Notes under the pieces: generated by a model
What the model saw: the letters and a program-made list of their open reading frames with translations, nothing else
Told to the model about the DNA's origin: nothing
Database searches by the model: none
Position numbers and translations under genes: made by a program
In this document: piece by piece, positions 10,092 to 19,815 of the stretch
Layout of the letters: each line of letters starts with the position of its first letter
How positions within the stretch are numbered: the first letter of the stretch is position 1
Source: Longimicrobiales bacterium
GTDB taxonomy: Bacteria > Gemmatimonadota > Gemmatimonadetes > Longimicrobiales > Gaopeijiaceae
Direction of reading: 5' to 3'
Length of the DNA: 64,000 nucleotides
NCBI GenBank assembly: GCA_035477395.1
Contig: DATIKQ010000033.1
Location: 5,862 to 69,861 of the forward strand

Positions 10092-11321
10092 ATGAGCGCG
10101 CTCGACGTGACCGCTCTGCGCCAGGACTTCCCCGCGCTGCACCAGGAGGTCAGCGGGAAGCAGCTCGTGTACCTCGACAACGCGGCCACGTCGCAGAAGC
10201 CACGCGCCGTCCTCGACGCCCTCGCGTCGTACTACGAGAGGGACAACGCCAACGTCCACCGCGGCATCCACGAGCTCTCCCGTCGCGCCACGGTGGCCTA
10301 CGAGGAGGCCCGGGGGAAGGTGGCCCGATTCATCGGCGCCGCCGATCCCGCGGAGGTCGTGTGGACCCGGGGCACGACCGAGTCCATCAACCTGGTGGCG
10401 CAGGCCTGGGGGCTGGACACGGTGAAGCCGGGCGACGAGATCCTCCTCTCCGTCATGGAGCACCACTCCAACCTGGTTCCATGGCAGATCCTGGCCCGGC
10501 GCACCGGCGCCCGCCTCCGCTTCATCGAGCTCGACGATGAGGGGAAGCTCGTCCTGGACGACCTTCCCACGCTCCTGAATGACCGGACCCGGCTGGTGGC
10601 CGTCACCCACGTGTCGAACGCGCTGGGCACGATCAATCCGGTGAAGGAGATCGTCGCCGCGGCCAAGCGCGTGGGCGCGCTCGTGCTCATCGACGGGGCT
10701 CAGGGCGTGGTCCACACAAAGCTCGATGTGCAGGACCTGGGCGCGGACTTCTACGCGTTCAGCGGCCACAAGATGTGCGGCCCCACGGGGATCGGCGTGC
10801 TCTGGGCGCGGCGCGCGTTGCTCGAGGCCATGCCGCCGTGGCAGGGCGGCGGCGACATGATCGAGTTCGTCGACCGCGACATGAGCACCTGGGCGGACGT
10901 GCCCCACAAGTTCGAGGCGGGCACGCCCAACATCGCCGGGGCCATCGGCCTCGGCGCCGCGGTGGAGTACCTGGCGTCGGTCGGGATGGACGCCATCGCC
11001 GCCCACGAGCGCGAGCTGGTGCGCTATGCCATGGAGCGCATGGAGCGGATCCCGGGCCTGCGGATCTACGGCCCCCACGACCCGGCCGAGCGCTCCGCCG
11101 TGGTGGCGTTCACCCTGGGCGACGCCCACCCCCACGACATCTCCACCATCCTGGACTCGGAGGGGATCGCGGTCCGGGCCGGCCACCATTGCGCTCAGCT
11201 GGTCATGAAGCGGTTCGGGCTCGCCGCCACCGCCCGTGCCTCCTTCTACCTCTACAACACCCGAGCCGAGGCGGATCGCCTGGTCGAGGGGCTGGAGACG
11301 GTCCGCTCCATCTTCGGCTGA
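10092..11321 (+). CDS. sufS: Cysteine desulfurase SufS (class V aminotransferase)
   Basis: PLP-lysine context FSGHKMCGPTGIG and catalytic Cys loop RAGHHCAQ. The alternative start is GTG 10074. Confidence 0.95.
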   Translation: MSALDVTALRQDFPALHQEVSGKQLVYLDNAATSQKPRAVLDALASYYERDNANVHRGIHELSRRATVAYEEARGKVARFIGAADPAEVVWTRGTTESINLVAQAWGLDTVKPGDEILLSVMEHHSNLVPWQILARRTGARLRFIELDDEGKLVLDDLPTLLNDRTRLVAVTHVSNALGTINPVKEIVAAAKRVGALVLIDGAQGVVHTKLDVQDLGADFYAFSGHKMCGPTGIGVLWARRALLEAMPPWQGGGDMIEFVDRDMSTWADVPHKFEAGTPNIAGAIGLGAAVEYLASVGMDAIAAHERELVRYAMERMERIPGLRIYGPHDPAERSAVVAFTLGDAHPHDISTILDSEGIAVRAGHHCAQLVMKRFGLAATARASFYLYNTRAEADRLVEGLETVRSIFG

Positions 11322-11391
11322 GTCGGACGGTCGGCGCCGAGCAGCGCTCCTGTCGCGCCGGCCACCCTCCTCGCTCTACATTGGACGGCAC

Positions 11392-11844
11392 ATGGAGACA
11401 CCGCCCCTCAACTCGCTCTATCAGCAGCTCATCCTCGAGCACTACCGGAACCCGCGCAACAAGTCGGAGCTCCCGGACAAGACCGTGGAGATCCACATGC
11501 GGAACCCGACGTGCGGGGACGAGATCCGCCTTCAGCTGCACGTGGAGGACGGCCGCATCACCGACGCCCGCTTCGTGGGGCAGGGGTGTTCCATCTCCCA
11601 GGCCGCCGTCAGCATGATGACGCAGCTCATCAAGGGCCGCTCCCTGGGCGAGGCGGACGGGGTCGCGGAGCGCTTCAAGGCCATGATGCACGGTGACCCC
11701 GACGTGGCGAAGGACAAGAGCATGGGAGACCTGCGCGCGCTGGCTGGAGTCAGCAGGTTCCCCGTGCGGGTGAAGTGCGCGCTCCTGGGCTTCGACGCGC
11801 TCCAGGAGGCACTCAAGAAGACAGCGGAGGAAGGAGGGCACTGA
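11392..11844 (+). CDS. sufU: SufU/IscU-like sulfur acceptor / scaffold
   Basis: NPTCGDE, GQGCSISQA and VKCALL ligand motifs. 150 aa from ATG 11392. Confidence 0.9.
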   Translation: METPPLNSLYQQLILEHYRNPRNKSELPDKTVEIHMRNPTCGDEIRLQLHVEDGRITDARFVGQGCSISQAAVSMMTQLIKGRSLGEADGVAERFKAMMHGDPDVAKDKSMGDLRALAGVSRFPVRVKCALLGFDALQEALKKTAEEGGH

Positions 11845-12386
11845 CCACGTCCGAGATCTCTTCGGCCCACCTGCCCGACACCCCGGCGGGGCCCCTCACC
11901 ATCTGGGTCTCACCGAAGGGCGTGCGCCGGCTGGAGTTCGGCCCCCTTCCCAAGGACGCCCACGCCGACCCGCCCGAGGCCTGGCCCGAGGCGCTGCGCG
12001 CCGCCGTGGCCCAGATTCAGGGGTACTTCGCCCGCGAGCGCCGGAGCTTCGATCTTCCGCTCGACCTCGAGGCCGTGACCGGGTTCCAGCGCGAGGTCTA
12101 CGACGAGTTGATGAAGGTCCCCTATGGACGGGTGATCACGTACGGAGACCTGGCGGATGCCGTCGGGCGTGCCGAGCTGGCCAGGGCCGTGGGTCAGGCG
12201 GTGGGCGCCAACCCCGTTCCCATCCTCATCCCTTGTCACCGCGTGGTCGCCGCCGAGGGGCGACTGGGCGGGTTCACCGGGGGCCTCGCCATCAAGGCGG
12301 CCCTGCTCCGGACCGAGAACGTGGACGTGGAGGGGGAGACCGATTCCAGCCGCATCCGCCCCGAGGTGCTCCGCCTCGAGCTCTGA
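11841..12386 (+). CDS. ogt: Methylated-DNA--protein-cysteine methyltransferase (start codon uncertain)
   Basis: Active site IPCHRVVAAEGRLGGFTGG. The N-terminal boundary is ambiguous: GTG 11775 overlaps sufU by 70 nt, or a non-canonical codon follows AAGGAGGG at 11831-11838. Confidence 0.8.
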   Translation: MTTSEISSAHLPDTPAGPLTIWVSPKGVRRLEFGPLPKDAHADPPEAWPEALRAAVAQIQGYFARERRSFDLPLDLEAVTGFQREVYDELMKVPYGRVITYGDLADAVGRAELARAVGQAVGANPVPILIPCHRVVAAEGRLGGFTGGLAIKAALLRTENVDVEGETDSSRIRPEVLRLEL

Positions 12387-12474
12387 GTCCCGTCGCGTCC
12401 GACCCGCCGAACACGGCCCGGGGTCCGGTGTAGTAGCTCCGATTCCCGACGCTCCCAGCTCAGGCCAGGAACCC

Positions 12475-13086
12475 ATGCGCCCCGTTCGCTCCAGCCTTCT
12501 CCTTGTCGCCGTTGCACTCGCCGCCTGCGGAGGATCCCGGGAGGCAGACACGGCCTCCATGCCCGTGGACACGCTGATCAAGCCCATGGAGCGCGAGCCC
12601 CTCACCGAGGCGGACCTGGCCGGCTTCACCCTGGCCGAGCTCGTACTCGAGCTTCCCTGGACCACCAATCAGGTTGGGCGGGCCGCCGCCGGGGGTGCGC
12701 CTGCGAGCTCGATCCGTGGCGCCGAGGTCGGCGGCCACGAGGGGTTCGACCGGGTCGTCTTCCTCCTCGACGACGACGAGCCGGTGCCCGGCTACGACAT
12801 CGCCATCGCGGCCGCGGGGGCTTCCCTACCCTGCGGTGAGGGAGGGTACGAGCTCACCGCGGCGCGCTCCCTGGTGGTCAGCTTCCGACCGGCCAGGCTC
12901 GCGCCCGACGACGTGACCGGCTCGCCCGCGGGCATCCGCAGCACCGGAGCCTCCCGCATGGCGCGCGCGGGCGTCGCTTGCGATACCGGGGACGCCGTCG
13001 TGTGGGTGGCCGAGCTTCCCCAGGGCGACCAGATGAGGGTGCTCGAGCTCCGCGACCCCAGCCGCATCGCCGTGGACGTCCGCTAG
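12475..13086 (+). CDS. Lipoprotein, AMIN-like C-terminal domain, function unknown
   Basis: Lipobox LLLVAVALAACGG. The C-terminal VVWVAELPQGDQMRVLELRDPSRIAVDV resembles AMIN-domain ends. Confidence 0.5.
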   Translation: MRPVRSSLLLVAVALAACGGSREADTASMPVDTLIKPMEREPLTEADLAGFTLAELVLELPWTTNQVGRAAAGGAPASSIRGAEVGGHEGFDRVVFLLDDDEPVPGYDIAIAAAGASLPCGEGGYELTAARSLVVSFRPARLAPDDVTGSPAGIRSTGASRMARAGVACDTGDAVVWVAELPQGDQMRVLELRDPSRIAVDVR

Positions 13087-13134
13087 GCAGAGGTGCGGGC
13101 GGGCCAGCCGGACCCACCGCTTCCCCGCCGCGGG

Positions 13135-14418
13135 TCACCCCACCGTGGGGTCCAGGAGCACCTTGATGGAGCCCGACTTCCGCCGGTTCGCCGCGGCGGA
13201 GAGGGCGTCGCGGACCTGCGCGAGCGGATAGACGTGGGTGACCATCTCGGACACCGGCGCCCGCGTCTCCACCAGCAGGTCGTGGGTGATCTGGAACGTG
13301 TGGGCGTGGCCTCCGCGCCACTCCTCCCGCCCATAGCACACGAAGCCCTTGATGTTCAACTCCCTGGCCCACACGAACGTGAGGTCGAGCTTCCGGATCT
13401 CGGCGGCGCACCCAAGCATGACGATGCGCCCCCTGGGCGCGGCGAAGCGGAGGCACTGCTTGATGGTCTGGGCGCTCCCCACGCAGTCGTAGACCAGGGG
13501 GAATCCGCCTCCCGCGTAGACCTCGTCGCCCACGATGGGCATGTACCCCTGGGCTCCGGTCTCCACCAGGGCCTCCCGGGCTTCGTCGCCGGGGGAGACC
13601 ACCGAGCTCGCCCCCAGCTTCCTGGCCAGGGAGGCCTCGTTCCCACGCTTGATCTGCGCCACCAGCTCGCCCTCGAACCCGGCGGCCCTCAGCGACCAGA
13701 TGGTCCCCAGCGCGATGGGGCCGCTCCCCACCACCAGAGCGGGGCCCGTCCCCCACGGCCGCATCCCCAGCGCCGCGTGCATCCCCACGGAGATGGGCTC
13801 CACCAGCGCCGCGGTGCGGTCGTCCAGCGCGTCGGCCACGGGGAAGATCTGGCTCTCGTGGGCCACCATCTCCTGTGCCCACCCACCGGGCAGGTCCCGG
13901 TGATAGCCGATGGTGACGCCGCGGGCCAGGCCATGTCCCGCGATCTGCAGATCCCCTTCCTCGCCCTGGCGCTCGCATGTCGCCGACAACCCCGCGCGGC
14001 ATGACGCGCAACCCCGCTCTCCCGGGAACCCCCGGAGCGTGCACGAAACCACCGGATCCACGGTGACGCGCTGCCCCACCTCCACGGAGCGCACGGCGGG
14101 GCCCACCTCTGCCACCCGACCCAGGATCTCGTGCCCGAGGATCGCCGGGAACGAACCGAAGGGCTCCATGGCCGGGCTGGCCTTGAACGTCAGGTTGCCC
14201 ACATCCGTGCCGCAGATCCCCGCCTTCAGGACCTCGACCCGCACCCAATCCGCCCCGGGGAGCGGAGGAGAGCCGCGCTCCTCCAGCCGGAGCCCGCTGG
14301 CGCCCCCGAAGACGAACGCCTCGGAGAGCCCTCCCAGGGCCTTCCCCAGGACGTAGCCCGGGACCGTCACATTGAAGGAGACCGCGCGCACGGTCCGGCC
14401 CGTTTCCCTTCCGCTCAC
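13135..14418 (-). CDS. Zn-dependent MDR-family alcohol/polyol dehydrogenase with N-terminal extension
   Basis: GICGTDV catalytic-zinc motif, Cys cluster CASCRAGLSATC (structural Zn), and Rossmann VVGSGPIALG. The GTG start overlaps the stop of the upstream gene (GTGA). Confidence 0.8.
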   Translation of the reverse strand: MSGRETGRTVRAVSFNVTVPGYVLGKALGGLSEAFVFGGASGLRLEERGSPPLPGADWVRVEVLKAGICGTDVGNLTFKASPAMEPFGSFPAILGHEILGRVAEVGPAVRSVEVGQRVTVDPVVSCTLRGFPGERGCASCRAGLSATCERQGEEGDLQIAGHGLARGVTIGYHRDLPGGWAQEMVAHESQIFPVADALDDRTAALVEPISVGMHAALGMRPWGTGPALVVGSGPIALGTIWSLRAAGFEGELVAQIKRGNEASLARKLGASSVVSPGDEAREALVETGAQGYMPIVGDEVYAGGGFPLVYDCVGSAQTIKQCLRFAAPRGRIVMLGCAAEIRKLDLTFVWARELNIKGFVCYGREEWRGGHAHTFQITHDLLVETRAPVSEMVTHVYPLAQVRDALSAAANRRKSGSIKVLLDPTVG

Positions 14419-14972
14419 CCGAGTATCCCGACGGGCCCGAAGAGCCGGTTCCCCGGCACCCTCGGGTCGTCGCTGCGATAGAACTCGTGGACCATATCCA
14501 TGAGTTCATCCCTCGTGACCGCGCCGTCGCCGTCCACGTCCAGGTCCAGGAAGACCAGGCGCGCCATGGCGGCCTTCAGCCCGTAGATGCCGTAGAAGTT
14601 GCAGAACTCGTCGGCCCCCAGCACACCATCCCCGTCGGTGTCGAAGAGCTCGAACAGGCGATCAGCCAACTGGGCCACCTCGTTCCGGTAGCGGGCATCA
14701 TCATCGAGCACGCCCTCCCAGTGGCGCAGCCACTCCAGCAGGTCCACCGCCGCGTTGTCATCGGCATCCGCCGAAGCCCTCAAGGTCTCCCAGCGCAGGA
14801 GAAACCCTTCGTAGATGGCACGGTGCTGCGGGGTCTTCTCCGCCGCGAGGTGCAAGGCGCGCACGTTCTCCGCCACGCGTTCGAAGTCCGCCCGGGCGAT
14901 GCGCCCATCGTCGTCCACGTCGTAGAGACGGAAGTAGTGGGTGAGCTTTTCCTTCTGGAGCGGGGTGAGCAT
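14415..14972 (-). CDS. Calerythrin / sarcoplasmic-Ca-binding-protein-like EF-hand protein
   Basis: EF loops DVDDDGRIARADF, DTDGDGVLGADEF and DVDGDGAVTRDEL. The N-terminus KLTHYFRLYDVDDDGRIARADFERVAENV parallels calerythrin (from memory). Confidence 0.75.
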   Translation of the reverse strand: MLTPLQKEKLTHYFRLYDVDDDGRIARADFERVAENVRALHLAAEKTPQHRAIYEGFLLRWETLRASADADDNAAVDLLEWLRHWEGVLDDDARYRNEVAQLADRLFELFDTDGDGVLGADEFCNFYGIYGLKAAMARLVFLDLDVDGDGAVTRDELMDMVHEFYRSDDPRVPGNRLFGPVGILG

Positions 14973-15047
14973 GGGCGTGAGAGGGATCGGGGGGATCGAC
15001 GCCGGCCTGACCCTTCAACATAGCGTGCGCCTGCGCCGGAAGCCTCC

Positions 15048-17561
15048 CTAGGGCGCCTTCCTGGGCTTGGTCCGGCGGGTGGGCTCGGCAGCGAGTGGGT
15101 CCTCCGGCCAGGAGTGCTTCGGATAGCGACTGCGGAGGTCCTTGCGGACCTCGAAGTAGGCACCTCTCCAGAAGCTGCCCAGGTCCCGGGTGACCTGCAC
15201 CGGCCTCCGTGCCGGCGAGAGCAGGTGGACGGTGAGGGGCACGCGGCCGCCTCCCACGGTGGGCGTCTCCTCGAGCCCGAAGACCTCCTGCAGGCGCACG
15301 GCCAGGACGGGGGCGGACGGATCCCCGTAGTCCAGCATGATGCGCGAACCGCTGGGTACCTCCAGGTGGGTGGGGGCGAGCCGGTCCAGGTCGGCCCTCC
15401 GATTCCAGGGAAGGCTGGAGAGGAGCGCCTCGACCACCTCCACACGCCCCAGGTCGTCCAGCGACCGCATTCCGCCGAGGAAGGGCACGAGCCACCCCTC
15501 CAGCGACGTGATGAGCCCTTCTGCCGAGGTATCGGGCCAAGGATCCCCCTCCAGCGCCCGGAGGAACGCCAGTCGCTCCCTGAGCTGCGTCGCCTCCCTC
15601 GACCACCGAAGCACGTGGAGGCCCCGCGCGCGCACGCCCTCGCACAGGGCTCGCGCCACCACGCCCGGGTCCGGGTCGCGGAGCGCGCCCTCCCCCAGCA
15701 CCAGCGCCCCCAGCCTGCGGATCCTCCGGGCCTGGACCCTCCCCGCGGCGTCGTCCCAGGCCACCTCCTCGACGATCTCCGCCTGGCCGCCCAACGCCTC
15801 CTCGAGGTCGGCGAGCGCAAGTGCTGCCGCCTGGAAGACCCGCCCCTCCCGCCCCCTGGCGTCAAGGTCGAGGACCACCAGCCATGCCTCACCGGCCAGG
15901 GGATCCGAGGTATCCACGGTCACACCCCTCCCGTTCCGCAGGAGGTACCGTCCCCGGGAGCCCGCCCGGAGCTGCCCTACCCGGTCGGGGTACGCCAGCG
16001 CGGCCAAGAGCCCCACTGGCCCCTCTCCTCCGCCTCCGGCGTCCCTTCGGAGCCGGATCGCCGCGCGGCGTCTCAAGGCCTCCGCCTGCTGCCGCACCCG
16101 GCTCACCGCCGCGCCGTCCACGCCGAGTACGCGCGGAAGGCCTCGCGCACCCTCGCCCACCGCCTCCAGGCGTAGCCGCACGTCCACCTCCGGCCGCCCT
16201 CCGGCGGTGCGCAGGACATCGCGCTCCTCGAGGAGCGCCGCCAGGTCGCATGCCACGGCCCCCCACCCCCGCTCCGCCCCCTGCAGGACCATGTGCGCCA
16301 GACGGGGGTGGACACCGAGCTCGGCCATGCGCCGGCCGTGGGCCGTGAGGGAGCCGTCGGCGTCGAGCGCCTCCAGCTCCCGGAGCAGCTCCCCGGCCTG
16401 GGCCAGCGGCGCGGTGCCAGGCGGGTCGAGCCATGTCAGCTCGCCGGGTTCTGCGCCGAAGGCCGCGAGATCCAGGACCAACGGCGCCAGGTCCGCCTCC
16501 CGGATCTCCGGCGCCCTCGCCGGCACCATCCCCTGCTCCTCCTGCCTCGTCCACAGCCGGAAGCACACCCCGGGCGCCGTGCGCCCCGCTCGCCCGCGGC
16601 GCTGGTCCGCGGCGTCCCGGGTGACCCGGAGCGTCTCCAGGCGCGTCATCCCGGTGCCCGGATCGAAGCGGGCGACGCGCATCAAGCCCGCATCCACCAC
16701 CACCCGGACCCCCTCGATGGTGAGCGACGACTCCGCGATGGCCGACGACAATACCACCTTCCTGCGCCCCGGCGGGCTCGGGCGCAGCGCCTGATCCTGG
16801 ATCTCGCGAGGGAGAAGGCCGAAGAGCTCGTAGACGCTCACGTCCGGCGGAAGATCCCCGGCCAACGCCTCCCCTGTGCGGCGGATCTCCGCGGCGCCCG
16901 GGAGGAAGACCAACATGTCCCCTTCCTGCTCACGCAGCGCAGCACGCACCGTATCCGCCACGATGGGCTCGATCCACCCGCTCACCGGATGGTCGCGCCA
17001 GCGCGTCTCCACCGGGTGGACCCGACCTTCCGCGCGCACCACCGCGGCCCCCCCCAGGAGCCGGGCTACCGGCTCGGCGTCCAGCGTGGCCGACATGACC
17101 AGCACCCGGAGCTCCGGACGGAGCAGCCGGCGGGCGTGGAGGGTCAGCGCGAGGCCGGCGTCCGCCTGGAGGGACCGCTCGTGGAACTCGTCGAAGATCA
17201 CGAGCCCGATGCCTTCGAGCGCGGGATCGGACTGGAGCATGCGGGTGAGGATGCCCTCGGTCACCACCTCGATGCGGGTGGCCCGGCCCACCCTGGTCTC
17301 CAGCCGCATGCGGTATCCCACCGTGCCGCCGGCGTCGGGCTCCCCCAGGAGCTCCGCCATGCGCAGGGCCGCCGCCCGGGCCGCCAGCCGCCGGGGCTCC
17401 AGGACGACGATCTTCCCTCCCTTGAGCCACGGCTCGTCCAGCAGCGCCAGGGGCACGAGGGTGGTCTTCCCGGCTCCGGGGGGTGCCACCAGCACCCCCG
17501 ACGAGCCCTCCGCGAGGGCGCGCTGCAACTCCGGGAGCGCCTCCTCCACAGGGAGGGCCAC
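15048..17561 (-). CDS. hrpB: ATP-dependent RNA helicase HrpB
   Basis: Walker A APPGAGKTT, DEAH box FDEFHERS, and a long HrpB-type C-terminal domain. I chose GTG 17561 because the longer ORF to 18161 would overlap the upstream S51 peptidase gene. Confidence 0.9.
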   Translation of the reverse strand: MALPVEEALPELQRALAEGSSGVLVAPPGAGKTTLVPLALLDEPWLKGGKIVVLEPRRLAARAAALRMAELLGEPDAGGTVGYRMRLETRVGRATRIEVVTEGILTRMLQSDPALEGIGLVIFDEFHERSLQADAGLALTLHARRLLRPELRVLVMSATLDAEPVARLLGGAAVVRAEGRVHPVETRWRDHPVSGWIEPIVADTVRAALREQEGDMLVFLPGAAEIRRTGEALAGDLPPDVSVYELFGLLPREIQDQALRPSPPGRRKVVLSSAIAESSLTIEGVRVVVDAGLMRVARFDPGTGMTRLETLRVTRDAADQRRGRAGRTAPGVCFRLWTRQEEQGMVPARAPEIREADLAPLVLDLAAFGAEPGELTWLDPPGTAPLAQAGELLRELEALDADGSLTAHGRRMAELGVHPRLAHMVLQGAERGWGAVACDLAALLEERDVLRTAGGRPEVDVRLRLEAVGEGARGLPRVLGVDGAAVSRVRQQAEALRRRAAIRLRRDAGGGGEGPVGLLAALAYPDRVGQLRAGSRGRYLLRNGRGVTVDTSDPLAGEAWLVVLDLDARGREGRVFQAAALALADLEEALGGQAEIVEEVAWDDAAGRVQARRIRRLGALVLGEGALRDPDPGVVARALCEGVRARGLHVLRWSREATQLRERLAFLRALEGDPWPDTSAEGLITSLEGWLVPFLGGMRSLDDLGRVEVVEALLSSLPWNRRADLDRLAPTHLEVPSGSRIMLDYGDPSAPVLAVRLQEVFGLEETPTVGGGRVPLTVHLLSPARRPVQVTRDLGSFWRGAYFEVRKDLRSRYPKHSWPEDPLAAEPTRRTKPRKAP

Positions 17562-17563
17562 GG

Positions 17564-18358
17564 CTACGAGATGAGCTCGGGCTCCAGCACTTCCTCCACC
17601 ACCTTGCCGCCGACCAGCCCCACGCGGTACGCCTTGGCTCCCGCCACCGTGGCCACGACCCGCCTGACCTCGTTGTCCTCGAAGTAGATGCCCGCGGAGT
17701 TGTCGCAGGCGTAGCCCGGCTTCAGCACCCCCGAAGCGATGAGGCGGTGGTAGGTGGGACGGCGCTGCTCCTCCCCGTCGTAGTGCGGCGAGTGGCTGCC
17801 CTTGAGGAAGCCGAGGCACTCCACCTTGGTCAGTTCCTTCGGGCGCGAGTCCGTGGTCCCCTCCTCGAACCAGCACAGGGAGCCGGCGCTCGCCCCACCC
17901 AGGACGATCCCCCGGTCCCACGCCTCCCGCAGCACCTGGTCGATTCCGTGCGCCTTCCAGATGACCTGCTGGTTCAGGGTGTTTCCCCCGGACACCACGA
18001 TCCCGTCCATGGAGAGGAGCACCTCGTCCCACCCCCGGTCCATGGAGTAGCTGCTGATGAAGCTCCCCTGGTCGAAGGGGACCACGTCCAGCGTCGCGCA
18101 GGTGCGGTACCAGCGCAGCGTACCCGTTTCGCTGTCCGCGGAGGCGGTGGGGAGGTAGCATAGCCGCGGCCGCGGCTTCCCTGTGAGCTCGGCCATGTAG
18201 CGGATGAACGCGGCGCCGTATCCTCCGCCGGCGATGAGGATCTTCCGCGTGGCCCGACTCCCCGGCCGGCTTCCCGCTTCGCGCGGAAGGGGAAGCCCTT
18301 CGGTGCCCAGCGTCACCGCGCCCACTGCCGAGGCGGCAAGGAACTCACGTCTCTCCAT
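17564..18358 (-). CDS. Peptidase S51 (peptidase E / cyanophycinase-like) with Tat-type signal
   Basis: MERREFLAASAVGAVTLG twin-arginine leader. Class-I glutamine-amidotransferase-like core (VVSGGNTLNQ..., LGGASAGSLCW). Confidence 0.65.
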   Translation of the reverse strand: MERREFLAASAVGAVTLGTEGLPLPREAGSRPGSRATRKILIAGGGYGAAFIRYMAELTGKPRPRLCYLPTASADSETGTLRWYRTCATLDVVPFDQGSFISSYSMDRGWDEVLLSMDGIVVSGGNTLNQQVIWKAHGIDQVLREAWDRGIVLGGASAGSLCWFEEGTTDSRPKELTKVECLGFLKGSHSPHYDGEEQRRPTYHRLIASGVLKPGYACDNSAGIYFEDNEVRRVVATVAGAKAYRVGLVGGKVVEEVLEPELIS

Positions 18359-18498
18359 GGAAACCCTCCGATCAATCCGTGGCTTACTGTCCGTGTTGCC
18401 CCCATCCTGAGGCCCCGGATGGCCTTGCGTCCAGCCCTGGGGATCGCCTTCGTGCTGAATCCCGGGTCCCGCCGTACCGCCCGCGCCAGGAGCGACGC

Positions 18499-19773
18499 AT
18501 GAAGACCGCCATCCTCGCCGGCTGCCGAACCCCCTTCCTCCGGTCGGGGACCGGCCTGTCGGAGCTCACCGCCATCGAGCTGGGGAAGGTCGCGGTGCGG
18601 GAGGCGCTGGGTAGGAGTGGCGTCCGGCCCGACGCGGTCGGCCATCTGGTGTACGGCACCGTGGTGCACGACGCGCAGGCGCCCAACCTGGCCCGGGAGG
18701 TCGGCCTGGCCACGCTGCCGAAGGCCGTGCCGGCCTATACCGTCTCCCGCGCGTGCACCTCCGCCAACCAGGCCATCGCGGATGCCTGCCAGCTCATCGA
18801 GGTGGGCCAGGCCGACGTGGTGGTGGCGGGCGGCGCCGACTCGCTCTCCCACGTCCCCATCATGGCGTCCCGCCGGCTGTCGAAGGCGCTTGTAGAAGCG
18901 TCCAAGGCGAACAGTCTGCGGGCCCGGCTCTCCGCGTTCAGGGGCGTCCGCCCCCGGGACCTGATCCCCATGGCCCCGGCCATCGCGGAGCCCTCCACCG
19001 GCGAGACCATGGGTGCGGCGGCGGAGCGCATGGCCAAGGAGAACGGGATCCGCCGTGAGGAGCAGGACTCCTGGGCGCTCCGCTCCCACCTCCTGGCGGC
19101 AGCCGGGACCGCCGACGGGCGGCTCCCCGCCGAGATTGCCCCGATCTATCTGTCGCCCGGGTTCGGACCCGTGTTGGCCGCCGACAACGGGATCCGGCCC
19201 GACACGTCCCTCGAAGCGTTGGCGAGGCTGCGACCGGTGTTCGACCAGAAGCACGGGTCGGTCACCGCAGGCAACGCTTCCCCGCTCACCGACGGCGCCT
19301 CCGCGCTGGTCCTCATGAACGGGGACAGGGCCCTCGCCGAGGGACGAGCGCCTCTGGGCTGGGTCAGGAGCTGGGCCTGGGCGGCGCTCGATCCGGCCGC
19401 CCAGCTCCTCCAGGGACCGGTCTACGCCGCACCGGCGGCGTTGGACCGGGGCGGGCTCTCCATGAAGGACATCGGCCTCATGGAGATGCACGAGGCCTTC
19501 GCCGCCCAGGTGCTCTCCAACCTCCAGGCCCTCTCGTCCGCCGACTTCGCCCGGCGCGAGCTGGGGCGGACCGACGCCGTCGGGCACCCGGACCCCGAGC
19601 GCATCAACGTCATGGGAGGCTCCATCGCCATCGGCCACCCCTTCGGAGCCACCGGCGCGCGCCTCACGTTGACGCTGGTCAACGAGATGGCTCGGCGCGA
19701 CGTGCAGTTCGGGCTCCTCACGCTCTGCGCCGCAGGGGGCATGGGCTTCGCCATGGTGCTGGAGCGCAGGTAA
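18499..19773 (+). CDS. Acetyl-CoA C-acyltransferase (thiolase, FadA/FadI-like)
   Basis: Acyl-enzyme Cys in VSRACTSANQA. C-terminal signatures NVMGGSIAIGHPFGATG and LCAAGGMG. Confidence 0.9.
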   Translation: MKTAILAGCRTPFLRSGTGLSELTAIELGKVAVREALGRSGVRPDAVGHLVYGTVVHDAQAPNLAREVGLATLPKAVPAYTVSRACTSANQAIADACQLIEVGQADVVVAGGADSLSHVPIMASRRLSKALVEASKANSLRARLSAFRGVRPRDLIPMAPAIAEPSTGETMGAAAERMAKENGIRREEQDSWALRSHLLAAAGTADGRLPAEIAPIYLSPGFGPVLAADNGIRPDTSLEALARLRPVFDQKHGSVTAGNASPLTDGASALVLMNGDRALAEGRAPLGWVRSWAWAALDPAAQLLQGPVYAAPAALDRGGLSMKDIGLMEMHEAFAAQVLSNLQALSSADFARRELGRTDAVGHPDPERINVMGGSIAIGHPFGATGARLTLTLVNEMARRDVQFGLLTLCAAGGMGFAMVLERR

Positions 19774-19815
19774 CCTGCGCGGAGGTCAGGGCGTGACCCA
19801 GCGGTCGCCGGCCGG

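Noticed and set aside
9774-11189. 471-aa ORF antisense to sufS.
   Set aside because: The SufS frame carries the PLP-Lys and catalytic Cys motifs. The antisense ORF is Arg/Gly/His-rich and has no recognisable domain.
15048-18161. Full 1037-aa version of the hrpB ORF.
   Set aside because: The N-terminal ~200 residues are low-complexity and would overlap the S51 peptidase gene (17564-18358) on the same strand in another frame. The helicase core begins right after GTG 17561.
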